A stretch of DNA of 64,000 bases. It comes from an uncultured Candidatus Rokubacteria bacterium (lineage in GTDB: Bacteria; Methylomirabilota; Methylomirabilia; Rokubacteriales; CSP1-6). The stretch spans positions 672,001 through 736,000 of the forward strand of contig CAVWWD010000008.1 of assembly GCA_963758635.1 (NCBI GenBank), given 5' to 3'. Both the position numbers and the translations under genes were made by a program. Under the pieces are notes generated by a model that had not been told where the DNA came from, did not search any database, and saw nothing but the letters and a program-made list of their open reading frames with translations. This document shows, one piece after another, positions 1-12,358 of the stretch. Position 1 is the first letter of the stretch; each line of letters begins with the position of its first letter.

Positions 1-60
1 GCCACGGTGTCGCAGAACGCCGAGGTCCGCGACGCGTACATGGGCGCCGGGCATGCCTGA
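1..60 (+). CDS. 3' end of LivG-type ABC ATP-binding protein (truncated by window start)
   Basis: Frame 1 reads ATVSQNAEVRDAYMGAGHA*, the typical LivG C-terminal 'V..AYLG' tail; overlaps the start of the next ATPase. Confidence 0.7.
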   Translation, partial: ATVSQNAEVRDAYMGAGHA

Positions 61-799
61 GGCGGCGGCCGTCGCGTCCCGGCCCGCCGCCGCGCCGGGG
101 GCGCCGCCCCTCGCGGTGTCCGGCCTCGAGGCCTGGTACGGCGAGTCCCACGTGCTCCACGGGATGACGTTCGACGTGAAGCCCGGGGAGGTGGTCACCC
201 TCCTCGGCCGGAACGGCGCGGGCAAGACGACGACGCTCAAGGCCATCATGGGCATCGTGGCCGAGCGGCGGGGCTCGGTGCGGTTCGGCGATCAGGAGCT
301 GATCCGCCGGCCGTCCAACGCCATCGCCCGCCTCGGCATCGCGTTCTGTCCGGAGGAGCGCGGGATCTTCGCGAGCCTCACCGTGGACGAGAACCTGATG
401 CTGCCGCCGGAGGTCCGCCCGGGCGGACTGTCGCGCGACGCCATCTTCGCGCTGTTCCCGAACCTCCGCGAGCGCCTCCGCAGCCAGGGCACCAAGCTGT
501 CGGGGGGCGAGCAGCAGATGCTCGCCATCGCGCGCATCCTGCGCACGGGGGCCCGGCTGCTCCTGCTCGACGAGCCCACCGAGGGGCTGGCCCCCGTGAT
601 CGTGCAGCAGATCGGCGCGACGATCCGGCGCCTCAAGGCCGAGGGTTTCACCGTGCTGCTCGTCGAGCAGAACTTCCACTTCGCGGCCACCGTGGCCGAT
701 CGCCACTACGTGGTGGAGCGGGGCCGCGTCGTGGACACGATCGACAACGCCGCGCTCCCGTCCCGCATGGACGCCTTGCACGACTACCTCGGGGTGTGA
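53..799 (+). CDS. livF: Branched-chain amino acid-type ABC transporter ATP-binding protein (LivF family)
   Basis: Walker A GRNGAGKTT, signature LSGGEQQMLAIAR, Walker B LLLLDEP, VEQN. Confidence 0.93.
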   Translation: MPEAAAVASRPAAAPGAPPLAVSGLEAWYGESHVLHGMTFDVKPGEVVTLLGRNGAGKTTTLKAIMGIVAERRGSVRFGDQELIRRPSNAIARLGIAFCPEERGIFASLTVDENLMLPPEVRPGGLSRDAIFALFPNLRERLRSQGTKLSGGEQQMLAIARILRTGARLLLLDEPTEGLAPVIVQQIGATIRRLKAEGFTVLLVEQNFHFAATVADRHYVVERGRVVDTIDNAALPSRMDALHDYLGV

Positions 800-936
800 C
801 CCGAGTCTCCCGGACGTGACAGAATGCGCATTCGGCTTCAGCGAGCGGGTTACACCGCGATTCTGCGGACACCAGTCGTGCCGTCTCGCCACCCAGTAAC
901 GATCTCTCTCCGGAACCGACGAAAAGGAGCCGACCC

Positions 937-2146
937 ATGAGCAGGATCCTCGCCTTGACCCTTGCCGCGCTACTGGCGCTCACCGGCGCCGCCGCGGCCC
1001 AGATCTCCGACGGCGTGATCAAGATCGGCGTGCTCAACGACCAGTCGAGCCTGTACGCGGACCTCACGGGCCAGGGCTCGGTGGTGGCCGCCCGCATGGC
1101 CGTCGAGGACTTCGGGGCCGCGGCCAAGGGCCTCAAGGTCGAGATCATCTTCGCCGACCATCAGAACAAGGCCGACGTGGGCGCGCAGATCGCCCGGCAG
1201 TGGTACGACGCGGAGAAGGTGGACGTGATCGTGGACGTGCCGAACTCCGCGGTGGCGCTGCGCCGTGAACCAGATCACCCGGGACAAGGGCAAGGCGTTC
1301 ATCGTGTCCGGCGCGGCCTCGTCGGACCTCACCGGCAAGGCGTGCTCGCCCAACACCGTCCACTGGACCTACGACACGTGGGCCCTCGCCAACGGGACGG
1401 CCAACGCCATCGTGAAGACGGGCGGTGACTCCTGGTTCTTCATCACCGCCGACTACGCGTTCGGCCACGCCCTCGAGCGCGACGTGGAGGCGGTGGTGCT
1501 CAAGAACGGGGGCAAGGTGCTCGGCAAGGTCCGCCACCCGCTGAACACGCAGGACTTCTCCTCGTTCCTCCTCCAGGCCCAGGCCTCCAAGGCCAAGATC
1601 ATCGGGCTCGCCAACGCCGGCGGCGACACCACGAACTCGATCAAGCAGGGCGCGGAGTTCGGGATCGCGCGGGGCGGCCAGAACTTCGCCGGGCTCCTGG
1701 TGTTCATCACCGACGTCCACGGCCTCGGCCTGGACAAGGCCCAGGGGCTCATCTTCACGGAGTCGTTCTACTGGGACGCCAACGAGCGCACGCGGGCTTT
1801 CGCCAAGCGCTTCGCGGAGCGGAACCGCAACATCCATCCCACGATGATCCACGCCGGGGTGTACGCGGGCACGCTCCACTACCTGAAGGCGGTGGAGGCG
1901 CTGAAGTCGGACGACGGGGGCAAGATCATCGCGAAGATGAAGGAGACGCCCACCGACGACCCGCTCTTCGGGAAGGGGACCATCCGGCCCGACGGCCGGA
2001 AGGTCCACGACATGTTCCTGTTCGAGGTGAAGAAGCCGGCCGAGTCGAAGGGCGCGTGGGACTACTACAAGCAGCGCTCGGTGATCCCGGCCGCGCAGGC
2101 GTTCCGCCCGCTCGACCAGGGCGAGTGCCCGCTCGTGAAGAAGTGA
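937..2146 (+). CDS. Liv-type ABC substrate-binding protein (frameshift near 1260, probable sequencing indel)
   Basis: SD AAGGAG, signal peptide, IKIGVLNDQS...ADHQNKADVG in ORF 937; continues in ORF 1265..2146 (HWTYDT, HAGVY, C-terminal CPLVKK). Confidence 0.9.
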
Positions 2147-2152
2147 TCGGAG

Positions 2153-2192
2153 GGGCCGGCCCGGCGGCACGCGGCGCCGCCCGGGCCGGCCT
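2153..2192 (+). other. Intergenic GC-rich hairpin after substrate-binding gene (possible mRNA-stabilising stem-loop)
   Basis: GGCCGGCCCGG-CGGC...GCCG-C-CCGGGCCGGCC inverted repeat between the SBP and permease genes; no U-tract. Confidence 0.5.
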
Positions 2193-2201
2193 CGTCACGC
2201 C

Positions 2202-3087
2202 ATGACGCTCTTCGGCATCCCGGCCCAGGCGCTCTTCGGCCAGCTCCTGATCGGCCTCATCAACGGCTCGTTCTACGCCATGCTGAGCCTGGGGCTCGCC
2301 GTCATCTTCGGGCTCTTGAACATCATCAACTTCACCCACGGCGCCCAGTACATGATGGGCGCCTTCGTCGCGTACTTCCTCCTGCAGCACGCGGGGCTCG
2401 GCTACTGGTGGGCGCTCGTCCTGGCCCCGCCCGCCGTCGGGCTCCTCGGCATCCTCCTCGAGCGCACGATGCTCCGGCGGCTCCAGGGGCTGGACCACCT
2501 GTACGGGCTCCTCCTCACGTTCGGGCTCGCGCTGATCATCCAGGGGCTCTTCCGGCACGAGTTCGGGTCGTCGGGCCTGCCGTACGCGATCCCGCCCGCG
2601 CTCTCCGGCGGCCAGAACCTGGGCTTCATGTTCCTGCCCAACTACCGCGCGTGGGTCGTGGTCTTCTCCGTCGTCGGTGTGCCTGGTCACGTGGTACGTC
2701 ATCGAGCGCACGAAGCTGGGGTCGTACCTGCGGGCGGCCACCGAGAATCCCGCCCTCGTCCAGGCGTTCGGGATCAACGTGCCGCGCATGATCACGCTCA
2801 CCTACGGCTTCGGGGTGGGGCTGGCCGCCCTCGCCGGCGTGCTCGCGGCGCCGATCTACCAGGTCAACCCGCTCATGGGCGCCGACCTGATCATCGTGGT
2901 GTTCGCGGTGGTGGTCATCGGCGGCATGGGGTCGATCATGGGCTCGATCCTCACCGGCTTCGGGCTGGGCGTGGTGGAAGGGCTGACCAAGGTCTTCTAC
3001 CCGGAGGCGTCGAACACGGTCATCTTCGTGGTCATGGCCCTGGTGCTGCTCGTCCGGCCCGCCGGCCTCTTCGGGAGGGCCCAGTAG
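2202..3087 (+). CDS. livH: LivH-type ABC permease (frameshift near 2675)
   Basis: GLINGSFYAMLSLGLAVIFGLLNIINFTHG in ORF 2202; continues in ORF 2677..3087 (LRAATENP, VVVIGGMGS, RPAGLFG). Confidence 0.9.
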
Positions 3088-4065
3088 ATGGCGACCGTCC
3101 CCGACGCCGTCGAGGCGACGCCGGTGGCCACGCCCGCGCCCGGGCGTGCCCCGCAGATGGTCGCGTTCCTGGTGATGGTGGCCTTCTTCACGGTGGCCCC
3201 GTTCTTCGTGTACCCGGTGTTCCTCATGAAGGCGCTCTGCTTCGCGCTCTTCGCGTGCGCCTTCAACCTCCTCATCGGCTACGTGGGGCTGCTCTCGTTC
3301 GGCCACGCCGTCTATCTCGGCGCCGCGGGCTACGCCGCGGCGTACACGGCGAAGGTGTGGGGCTGGTCGCCCGAGCTGGCGTTGCTCGGGGGCACGGCGG
3401 TGGCCGCGGCCCTCGGCGTCGTCATCGGCGCCATCGCCATCCGCCGGCAGGGGATCTACTTCGCGATGACCACCCTCGCGCTGGCCCAGATGATCTACTT
3501 CTTCTGCCTGCAGGCGCCGTTCACCGGTGGGGAGGACGGCATCCAGGCGGTGCCGCGCGGCGCGCTCTTCGGCCTGGTCGATCTCCGGCAGCCCGCCGCG
3601 ATGTACGCGCTGGTCTTCGCCGTGTTCCTCGCCGGCTTCGCCGTCGTGTACCGCGCCATCCACTCGCCGTTCGGCCAGGTCCTGACCGCGATCCGGGAGA
3701 ACGAGCCGCGCGCGCTGTCCCTCGGCTACCAGGCCGACCACTACAAGCTCATCGCCTTCGTGCTGTCCGCCGCGCTCTCCGGGCTCGCCGGGGCCACGAA
3801 GGCGATCGTGTTCCAGCTCGCCTCGCTCACCGACGTGCACTGGAGCATGTCGGGGGAGGTCGTGCTCATGACGCTGCTCGGCGGCCTCGGCACGGTGTTC
3901 GGCCCGGTGGCGGGCGCCCTCATCGTGGTGACCCTCGAGAACTACCTGGCCCAGCTCGGCGCCTGGGTGACCGTCGTCCAGGGCGCGATCTTCGTCGTGT
4001 GCGTGCTCACGTTCCGCCGCGGCGTCGTCGGCGAGCTCGCGCGCGTCCTGGGCAAGCCCCTCTGA
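3088..4065 (+). CDS. livM: LivM-type ABC permease
   Basis: NLLIGYVGLLSFGHA, GIYFAMTTLALAQ, TGGEDGI, AIRENE motifs. Confidence 0.92.
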   Translation: MATVPDAVEATPVATPAPGRAPQMVAFLVMVAFFTVAPFFVYPVFLMKALCFALFACAFNLLIGYVGLLSFGHAVYLGAAGYAAAYTAKVWGWSPELALLGGTAVAAALGVVIGAIAIRRQGIYFAMTTLALAQMIYFFCLQAPFTGGEDGIQAVPRGALFGLVDLRQPAAMYALVFAVFLAGFAVVYRAIHSPFGQVLTAIRENEPRALSLGYQADHYKLIAFVLSAALSGLAGATKAIVFQLASLTDVHWSMSGEVVLMTLLGGLGTVFGPVAGALIVVTLENYLAQLGAWVTVVQGAIFVVCVLTFRRGVVGELARVLGKPL

Positions 4066-4083
4066 GCGGCGGCGCGCGGGAGA

Positions 4084-4863
4084 ATGCCCATGCACGTGAA
4101 GGAGCTGTTCGACCTGTCGGGGAAGGTGGCCATCGTCACGGGCGGCTCCCGCGGCCTCGGGCTCGAGATCGCCGAGGGCCTCGCCGAGGCGGGGGCGGCG
4201 GTGACGATCACGGGCCGGCGGCGCCAGTGGCTCGACGCCGCCGAGGCCGCGCTGCGCGAGCGCGGGGCCGAGGTCCTCGCCGTCGAGGGTGACGTGGCCG
4301 CGGCCGCCGACATCGCGCGCACCGTGGACGCCGCCGGGGAGCGCTTCGGCGGCATCGACATCCTGGTCAACAACGCCGGCCTCGCCTGGGCCGCGCCGTC
4401 CCTCGAGTATCCGCGCGACAAGTGGGACCTCACGATCTCGGTGAACCTCACCGGCGTGTGGCTCATGAGCCAGGCCGTGGCGCCGCGCCTGATCGCCCGG
4501 GGCGGCGGGGCCATCGTGAACGTGAGCTCGATGACGGGCCAGCTCGGCCTCGCCCCCGAGCTGCAGGACACCGTGCCGTACAACGCGAGCAAGGGGGGCG
4601 TCGACGCCCTCACGCGCGACCTCGCGATCAAGTGGGCCCGCCACGGCATCCGCGTGAACGCCATCGCCCCCGGGTACTTCCCGACCCGGATGACCGAGCA
4701 CCTGGTGAAGACGGTGGAGGACCGCATGGCCGCGCTGTCCCCGTTCGCCCGGCTCGGCCAGCCCGGCGAGCTGAAGGGCGCGGTGGTGTTCCTCGCCTCC
4801 GCCGCCGCCAGCTTCATCACCGGGCAGGTGCTGAACATCGACGGCGGCGCCACCGCGTGGTGA
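4084..4863 (+). CDS. Short-chain dehydrogenase/reductase (gluconate 5-dehydrogenase-like)
   Basis: TGGSRGLG, NNAG, catalytic YNASK, IRVNAIAPG. Confidence 0.92.
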   Translation: MPMHVKELFDLSGKVAIVTGGSRGLGLEIAEGLAEAGAAVTITGRRRQWLDAAEAALRERGAEVLAVEGDVAAAADIARTVDAAGERFGGIDILVNNAGLAWAAPSLEYPRDKWDLTISVNLTGVWLMSQAVAPRLIARGGGAIVNVSSMTGQLGLAPELQDTVPYNASKGGVDALTRDLAIKWARHGIRVNAIAPGYFPTRMTEHLVKTVEDRMAALSPFARLGQPGELKGAVVFLASAAASFITGQVLNIDGGATAW

Positions 4864-4869
4864 CTGCTT

Positions 4870-4927
4870 TGCGAGCCGAGCCGAAGGCGAGACGAGCGCA
4901 TATGGAAGTGCAGTGGAAGGGACCGCG
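4870..4927 (+). repeat. Repeat family A, copy 1 (single unit)
   Basis: TGCGAGCCGAGCCGAAGGCGAGACGAGCGCATATGGAAGTGCAGTGGAAG closely matches 21166-21215 and the reverse complement of 14205-14252. Confidence 0.85.
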
Positions 4928-4952
4928 TGGCGACTTCTGACGGGCCCGCCGG

Positions 4953-6997
<2,045 letters not shown>

Positions 6998-7110
6998 GGC
7001 GTCGTGGCATGAGCGTCACGCCGAGGCGTTGCGCCGAAGCGTCCGCGGCTCGGCGGGATGCCGTGCTAGCGTGTCCGGGTCACTCACGCCGGACCACAGG
7101 AGGAGAGGCC

Positions 7111-7521
7111 ATGCCCTACCGGATCAATCACATCCACCTCAAGGCCCCCGACCCGCGCAAGACCGCGGAGTGGTACGTGACGGCCTTCAACTTCAAGATC
7201 ATGAGCGACGAGGTGCGGGCCTTCGGCGACCGCTTCGTGCGCTGCCAGAGCGAGGACGGAGGCATGGCCGTCAACATCTCCGGCGCGCGCACGGGCGAGG
7301 TGCTGGGCCCCGGCGACGCGAGCGCGCACCACGGCCTGGAGCACTTCGGCTTCGACTCCACGGGCCTCGAGGAGGACATCCGCCGCCTCGAAGGCCTGGG
7401 CGCCCGGCTCCTCGAGGGGCCGACGCAGGTGCCCAACGGCCCCCGCATCGCGTTCCTCCGCGGGCCGGACGACACGCGCATCGAGCTGGTGCAAGCGCGC
7501 GGCAAGGCCGACAACTGCTGA
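7111..7521 (+). CDS. VOC/glyoxalase family protein
   Basis: SD AGGAGG; INHIHLK, GLEHFGF, FLRGPDDTRIELVQ metal-binding pattern. Confidence 0.88.
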   Translation: MPYRINHIHLKAPDPRKTAEWYVTAFNFKIMSDEVRAFGDRFVRCQSEDGGMAVNISGARTGEVLGPGDASAHHGLEHFGFDSTGLEEDIRRLEGLGARLLEGPTQVPNGPRIAFLRGPDDTRIELVQARGKADNC

Positions 7522-7789
7522 CCGGCCCGATCCGCGCCGGCGCCCAGATTCCAGCCGCCACGGTTGACAAGCATCGGGAAGGGCGCGCAGAGTTGGCGGT
7601 GCCCTGAGTGCAGGTTCGAAGCGAGGGACTCATGCAGCTCTGTGGGGCGACCACGCGCGCCTTCCATAGACCCCTCAGGCATCGGCAGCAACGATGCTGT
7701 CGCAGTCCTCCGCGCTCCGAGCGCCGACATCGCGAGCCCCCTGCAGACCGAATCGCACTTCACCACGGGCCGATGATCAGGAGGGGACC

Positions 7790-8611
7790 ATGGGTGTCGT
7801 AGCAATGTCGCAGGTCCTGGGAAGTCGGGGCGACGACATCGGGCGCGAGCTGGCAGCGGCTCTCGGCTACAGGTTCGCCGATCGCGAGATCGTCGCCGCC
7901 GCCGCCGAACGATTTGGGGAAGGGATGCTGGACCTTGTCCACGTCACCGAGGAGAAGCCCAGTCTCGTGGAGCGGTTCAGGACGAGCGACCGCCACTACG
8001 TGACTGCGGTTGAGGGGATTCTGCTGGAGATGGCCGCGCAGGACAACGTCGTCCTCTGCGGTCGCGGAGCGGCGTTCGTCCTGAGCAAAGAGTCCCACGT
8101 TCTCCGAGTGCGCGTCACGGCACCGGAGCACGTGCGTGCCCAGTGGGTGCAGCAGCACGACGGTCTTGTCTACGAGTCAGCCCTCAATCTCGTGCGCCAG
8201 AAGGACCACGAGCGTGGCGCACGCATCAGGTTTCTCTACCACGTCGACTGGGACGATCCGATGCTCTATCACATCGTGCTGAACACCGAGCACGTCTCGG
8301 TCGCACTCGGGGCGCAGATCCTCCGCGCCGCGCTTGAGGGCCCGCGGTTCGTGGCCACCCCCGAGTCTCAGCGGAAGCTGAGCGATCAGGGCATCGTCGC
8401 GCAGGCCAAGACGGCGCTGCTCGTGAACCCGGTGACACGGTCTTGCCAGCTCGTCGCGACCGTCAACCGCGGAGTTCTGATGGTCAGTGGCATCGTGGAG
8501 CGGGATGAGCAACGGCTAGCCGCGGACGAGGTCGTACGACGACTTCCGGGCGTCACCAGTGTGCTGAACGAGATCGCCGTGCGTCCGCGCGTGCCCGTGG
8601 TGCATATCTGA
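7790..8611 (+). CDS. Cytidylate kinase-like family protein with C-terminal BON domain
   Basis: SD AGGAGG; VVAMSQVLGSRGDDIG, VVLCGRGA, DWDDPMLYHIVLNT (CMP-kinase-like family); C-terminal 'GVLMVSGIV...LPGVTSVLNEIAV' BON pattern. Confidence 0.82.
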   Translation: MGVVAMSQVLGSRGDDIGRELAAALGYRFADREIVAAAAERFGEGMLDLVHVTEEKPSLVERFRTSDRHYVTAVEGILLEMAAQDNVVLCGRGAAFVLSKESHVLRVRVTAPEHVRAQWVQQHDGLVYESALNLVRQKDHERGARIRFLYHVDWDDPMLYHIVLNTEHVSVALGAQILRAALEGPRFVATPESQRKLSDQGIVAQAKTALLVNPVTRSCQLVATVNRGVLMVSGIVERDEQRLAADEVVRRLPGVTSVLNEIAVRPRVPVVHI

Positions 8612-8839
8612 GGGCCTTCGACCCGCGGGTCACCTGTCGAGGACGACCGTTGTCGAGAACGACCGTTGATGAGGTCCGCGGACCGGTCGCGCTCGCGCCA
8701 AGTGGGGCTCGGTCTGCACGTGGCGCGAGGGCGACCTCGGACCGCGCCCTCCTGGGGAAGGAGACCGCCGCCTTCGCTATCGAGCCCTGACGCGCCCGGC
8801 GTTGCATGGATTCTTACGCCCATGTCGGGAGCCCTGAAA

Positions 8840-9733
8840 CTAGATCCGCTGGATCTCGGGGTTGCCGAAGAGGCCGTGGGGGCGGACGGAAAGGATGAGG
8901 AGCATCGCGACGTAGGACACGATCGTGCTGAAGCCGGCGCCGAGCCACGGGTCGAGGTAGCCGGCGGACAGGCTCTCGAGGATGCCGATGCCGAGCGCGG
9001 CGACGATCGTGCCCGGGATGCTGTCGAGCCCGCCGATGATCACGATGGGGAAGACCTTGGTCCCGAGGACGAGCAGCGAGAACCCGCCGCCCACGGCCGC
9101 GCTCCAGAGGGTGCCGGCGAGCACGGCGAGGGCGGCCATGAGCGCCCACGCGATCGCGAAGTGGCGCTGGGCCGAGATGCCCACCACCATGGCCGCCTTG
9201 GGGTCGCTGGCCAGGGCCCGCAGCGCCAGGCCGGTGCGGGTCCAGTAGAAGAAGGCGCTCAGGGCGCAGATGCCGGCGGCGGCGGTGACGCCGGCGATCA
9301 GCTTGTCCGGCACGACGGGCAGGCCCTGGATGGTGAGGAGATCCTCCGGAAACGGGAGCCGGATGCCGCCGGGCACGCCGGCAAGCGCTACTGCCACCGC
9401 GCCCCGCATGAGCATGCCGAGGCCGATCGTCACCATGATCAGCGAGATGGCGGGCGGGCTCACCATGCGCTCGAGGACGACCCGGTTGAACGCCATCGCG
9501 ACCGCCACGGTGCTGGCGCAGCCGAAGGCCACCGCCCCGGCGAGACCCAGGCCGAGGCCGTGGAGCCCGAGCGCGACGAGCCGGGACGCCAGCATGACCC
9601 AGTCGCCCAGCGCGAAGTTGACGACGCGGGAGGCCTTGTAGACCACCACGAAGGCGAGCGCGACCAGGGCGTAGATGGCGCCCGCGAGGGCGCCGTCGGT
9701 GAGGAGGGCGACCAGGAAGCGCGCGTCGGTCAC
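8840..9733 (-). CDS. Orphan LivH-type ABC permease
   Basis: GTG at 9733 overlapping the upstream stop; IYALVALAFVVVYKASRVVNFALG, IIGGLDSIPG, RPHGLFG. Confidence 0.88.
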   Translation of the reverse strand: MTDARFLVALLTDGALAGAIYALVALAFVVVYKASRVVNFALGDWVMLASRLVALGLHGLGLGLAGAVAFGCASTVAVAMAFNRVVLERMVSPPAISLIMVTIGLGMLMRGAVAVALAGVPGGIRLPFPEDLLTIQGLPVVPDKLIAGVTAAAGICALSAFFYWTRTGLALRALASDPKAAMVVGISAQRHFAIAWALMAALAVLAGTLWSAAVGGGFSLLVLGTKVFPIVIIGGLDSIPGTIVAALGIGILESLSAGYLDPWLGAGFSTIVSYVAMLLILSVRPHGLFGNPEIQRI

Positions 9734-10080
9734 ACGCGCTGCCCGGCCCGCGCGACGCCCGCGCGGCAGCGCGCCTCGAAGTCCTCGAGCTGCCGCCGAT
9801 ACGTCGCGTCGATCTCGGCGCGCCGCGCCTGCCAGAGGGCGTCGTAGCGCCCGGTCACCCCGGCGCGGCACGTCTGGCCCGCCGATCCCCCCGGGCACTG
9901 CCCCAGCGCGCTCCAGTGCGCCTTCCGGTGCACGTCCTCGGCGTACTCGAGCTCGGCCAGCCGGAGCCGGGCCATGCGGGCGCGCGCCGTCGCGGGATCG
10001 TTGCACGCCGGCTCGGACGGAGTGGAGGCGGCGGCCAGGGCGAGCGCGGCCGCCGTCGCCAGTGCATGGGCGCGCCACAT
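9730..10080 (-). CDS. Small secreted hypothetical protein (116 aa, 4 Cys)
   Basis: ATG 10080; signal-like MWRAHALATAAALALAAA; helical body; stop overlaps the GTG of the permease. Confidence 0.65.
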   Translation of the reverse strand: MWRAHALATAAALALAAASTPSEPACNDPATARARMARLRLAELEYAEDVHRKAHWSALGQCPGGSAGQTCRAGVTGRYDALWQARRAEIDATYRRQLEDFEARCRAGVARAGQRV

Positions 10081-10121
10081 GTCTCGACGAGTGTAAACCC
10101 TCGTCGTATTGAGCGAAGTGC

Positions 10122-10151
10122 TTGACACGCCGGGGGGTGCGCGGCTAGAAT
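10122..10151 (+). promoter_or_regulatory. Sigma70-type promoter for the acyl-CoA synthetase/ABC operon
   Basis: TTGACA (10122-10127), 18 bp spacer, TAGAAT (10146-10151). Confidence 0.75.
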
Positions 10152-10152
10152 C

Positions 10153-10347
10153 CCGCAACCTCGGCAAGTTCCGGTGACGCAGGATCCCACCGAAGCGGCA
10201 AGGATGACGCGTGAGCAGCCTTGGACACGGCCTCTGGCAATGAGAGCGCGGACTGCCCATGACGGCCCACGGCAACGTGGCCGCACGGGCACGCCCTTCC
10301 GCTCCACGCGCGCGCGCGTGAGGCGGAACCTGCGGAATCGGGGACGG
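10153..10347 (+). ncRNA. Candidate structured leader RNA or small ncRNA (unassigned family)
   Basis: Starts just after the promoter; 5'/3' closing pairing CGCAGGATCC/GGAACCTGCG, GCAA-capped hairpin 10254-10291, 16-bp palindrome 10305-10320. Confidence 0.4.
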
Positions 10348-10359
10348 TTTAGCTCGTAA

Positions 10360-12358
10360 ATGGCGGACACGGCCGTCCAGGACCGGAAGCCCACCACGCC
10401 TCTCGCCGCGTCGAAGAATCTCCGCATCGACTCGTCGCTGGACACTTTTCCCAAGCTCGTCCGGGAGAACGCCGAGCGCTTCGCGGACAAGGTCGCCATC
10501 CGCGAGAAGGACTACGGCATCTGGCAGTCCTACACCTGGCGCGACTACCTCGAGCGCTCGCGCCGGATCGCGCTGGGGCTGGCCTCGCTGGGGCTCGCGC
10601 GCGGCGACAAGGTCGCGATCGTGGGCGACAACCGGCCCGAGCTCTACTGGTCGATCCTCGCCACCCAGGCCCTCGGCGGGGTCCCCGTGCCGCTCTACCA
10701 GGACTCGAACGAGCGGGAGATGCAGTACGTCCTCGACCACGCCGAGGCGCGCTTCGCCGTCGTCGAGGACCAGGAGCAGGTGGACAAGCTCCTGAGCGTG
10801 CGCGCCCAGTGCCCCCGGCTCGAGCACCTGATCTACGACGACGCCCGCGGCCTCGCGCGCTACGCCGATCCGGGGCTCTCGAGCCTCGCCGCCCTCGAGG
10901 CGCGGGGCGAGGAGCTTCGGGCGGGGCCGGGCCGGCTTCTTCGAGTCCGAGATGGCCAAGGGCGCCGCGGACGACCTGGCGATCATCCTGTACACGTCGG
11001 GCACCACCGGGAACCCGAAGGGCACGATGCTCTCCCACCGGAACCTCATCCTGACCGCCATGAGCGCGGTGGCCCAGGAAGGCCTGACCGGCTCCGAGGA
11101 GGTGCTCGCCTACCTGCCGATGGCGTGGGCGGGCGACCACATGTTCTCGTTCGCGCAGTCGATCGTGACGGGGTTCACCACCAACTGCCCGGAGAGCGCG
11201 GACACCGTGCTGTCCGACCTCCGCGAGATCGGGCCGACCTACTTCTTCGCCCCGCCGCGCATCTGGGAGGCCATCCTCGCCTCGGTGATGATCCGCGTCG
11301 AGGACGCCTCGCGCGTGAAGCGGGCCATGGTCCACGCCTTCCTGCGCGTGGCCCGGCGCGTGGAGGAGGCCCGCCTCGCGCGGCGCGCGGTGTCCGTGAC
11401 GGATCGCCTGCTCCTCCTCGCCGGCCAGGCGCTGGTGTACGGCCCGCTCCGCGACAACCTCGGCATGCGACGGATCCGCATCGCGTACACCGCGGGCGAG
11501 GCGATCAGCCCCGAGCTGCTCGGCTTCTTCCGCTCCCTTGGCATCAACGTCAAGCAGGTGTACGGCATGACCGAGTCGAGCGCGCTCATCTCGATCCAGC
11601 GGGACGGCGACGTGAAGCTCGACACCGTCGGCACGCCGCTGCCCGGCGTGGAGGTGCGGATCGCGGAGGGCGGCGAGGTGCTCTATCGCTCGCCCGGCGT
11701 GTTCCTCGGCTACTACAGGAACCCCCAGGCGACCCGCGAGACCGTCCAGGACGGCTGGGTGCACTCGGGCGACGCCGGCACGATCGACCGCGACGGGCAT
11801 CTCAAGATCATCGACCGGGCCCGGGACGTGACCCGGCTTACCGACGGGACGCTGTTCGCGCCGAAGTACCTCGAGAACAAGCTCAAGTTCTCGCCGTACA
11901 TCAAGGAGGCGGTGTGCGTGGGGGCGGGCCAGCCGTTCGTGGGCGCGCTCCTCAACATCGACCTGACCTCGGTGGGGAGCTGGGCGGAGCGGCGGAGCCT
12001 GGCCTACACGAGCTACACCGACCTCGCCCAGAAGCCCGAGGTCTACGAGCTGATCGGGCAGGAGGTGGCCCGCGTGAACCGGAGCCTGGCCGAGGCGCCG
12101 GAGCTCGCCGGGGCGCGCATCCGCCGGTTCCTCCTGCTCCACAAGGAGCTCGACCCCGACGACCAGGAGATCACGCGGACCCGCAAGGTGCGCCGCGGCG
12201 TGATCGCCGAGAAATACGCGCCGCTCATCGAGGCGCTCTACTCGGGCACCGACTTCGTGAAGGTCGAGGCGCTCGTGACCTACGAGGACGGGCGCACCGG
12301 CACCGTCCGGGCCGAGGTGCGCGTGGCCGACGCGCCGGCGGATGCGGTGACGCGATGA
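10360..12358 (+). CDS. Long-chain acyl-CoA synthetase, AMP-binding (frameshift near 10920)
   Basis: AIREKDYGIWQ, YTSGTTGNPKG, YLPMAW, QVYGMTE, SGDAG, IIDRARD; the two ORFs join near 10920. Confidence 0.9.

Noticed and set aside
10290..10345. T-box riboswitch (GGCGGAACCTGCG resembles the T-box sequence)
   Set aside because: The required UGGN bulge is absent (CGG), and no stem I specifier or terminator U-tract is recognisable.
10174..10359. 61-aa leader peptide ending immediately before the ACS start
   Set aside because: No SD, no regulatory codon run and no recognisable protein features; the RNA-structure explanation is preferred, though this is not excluded.
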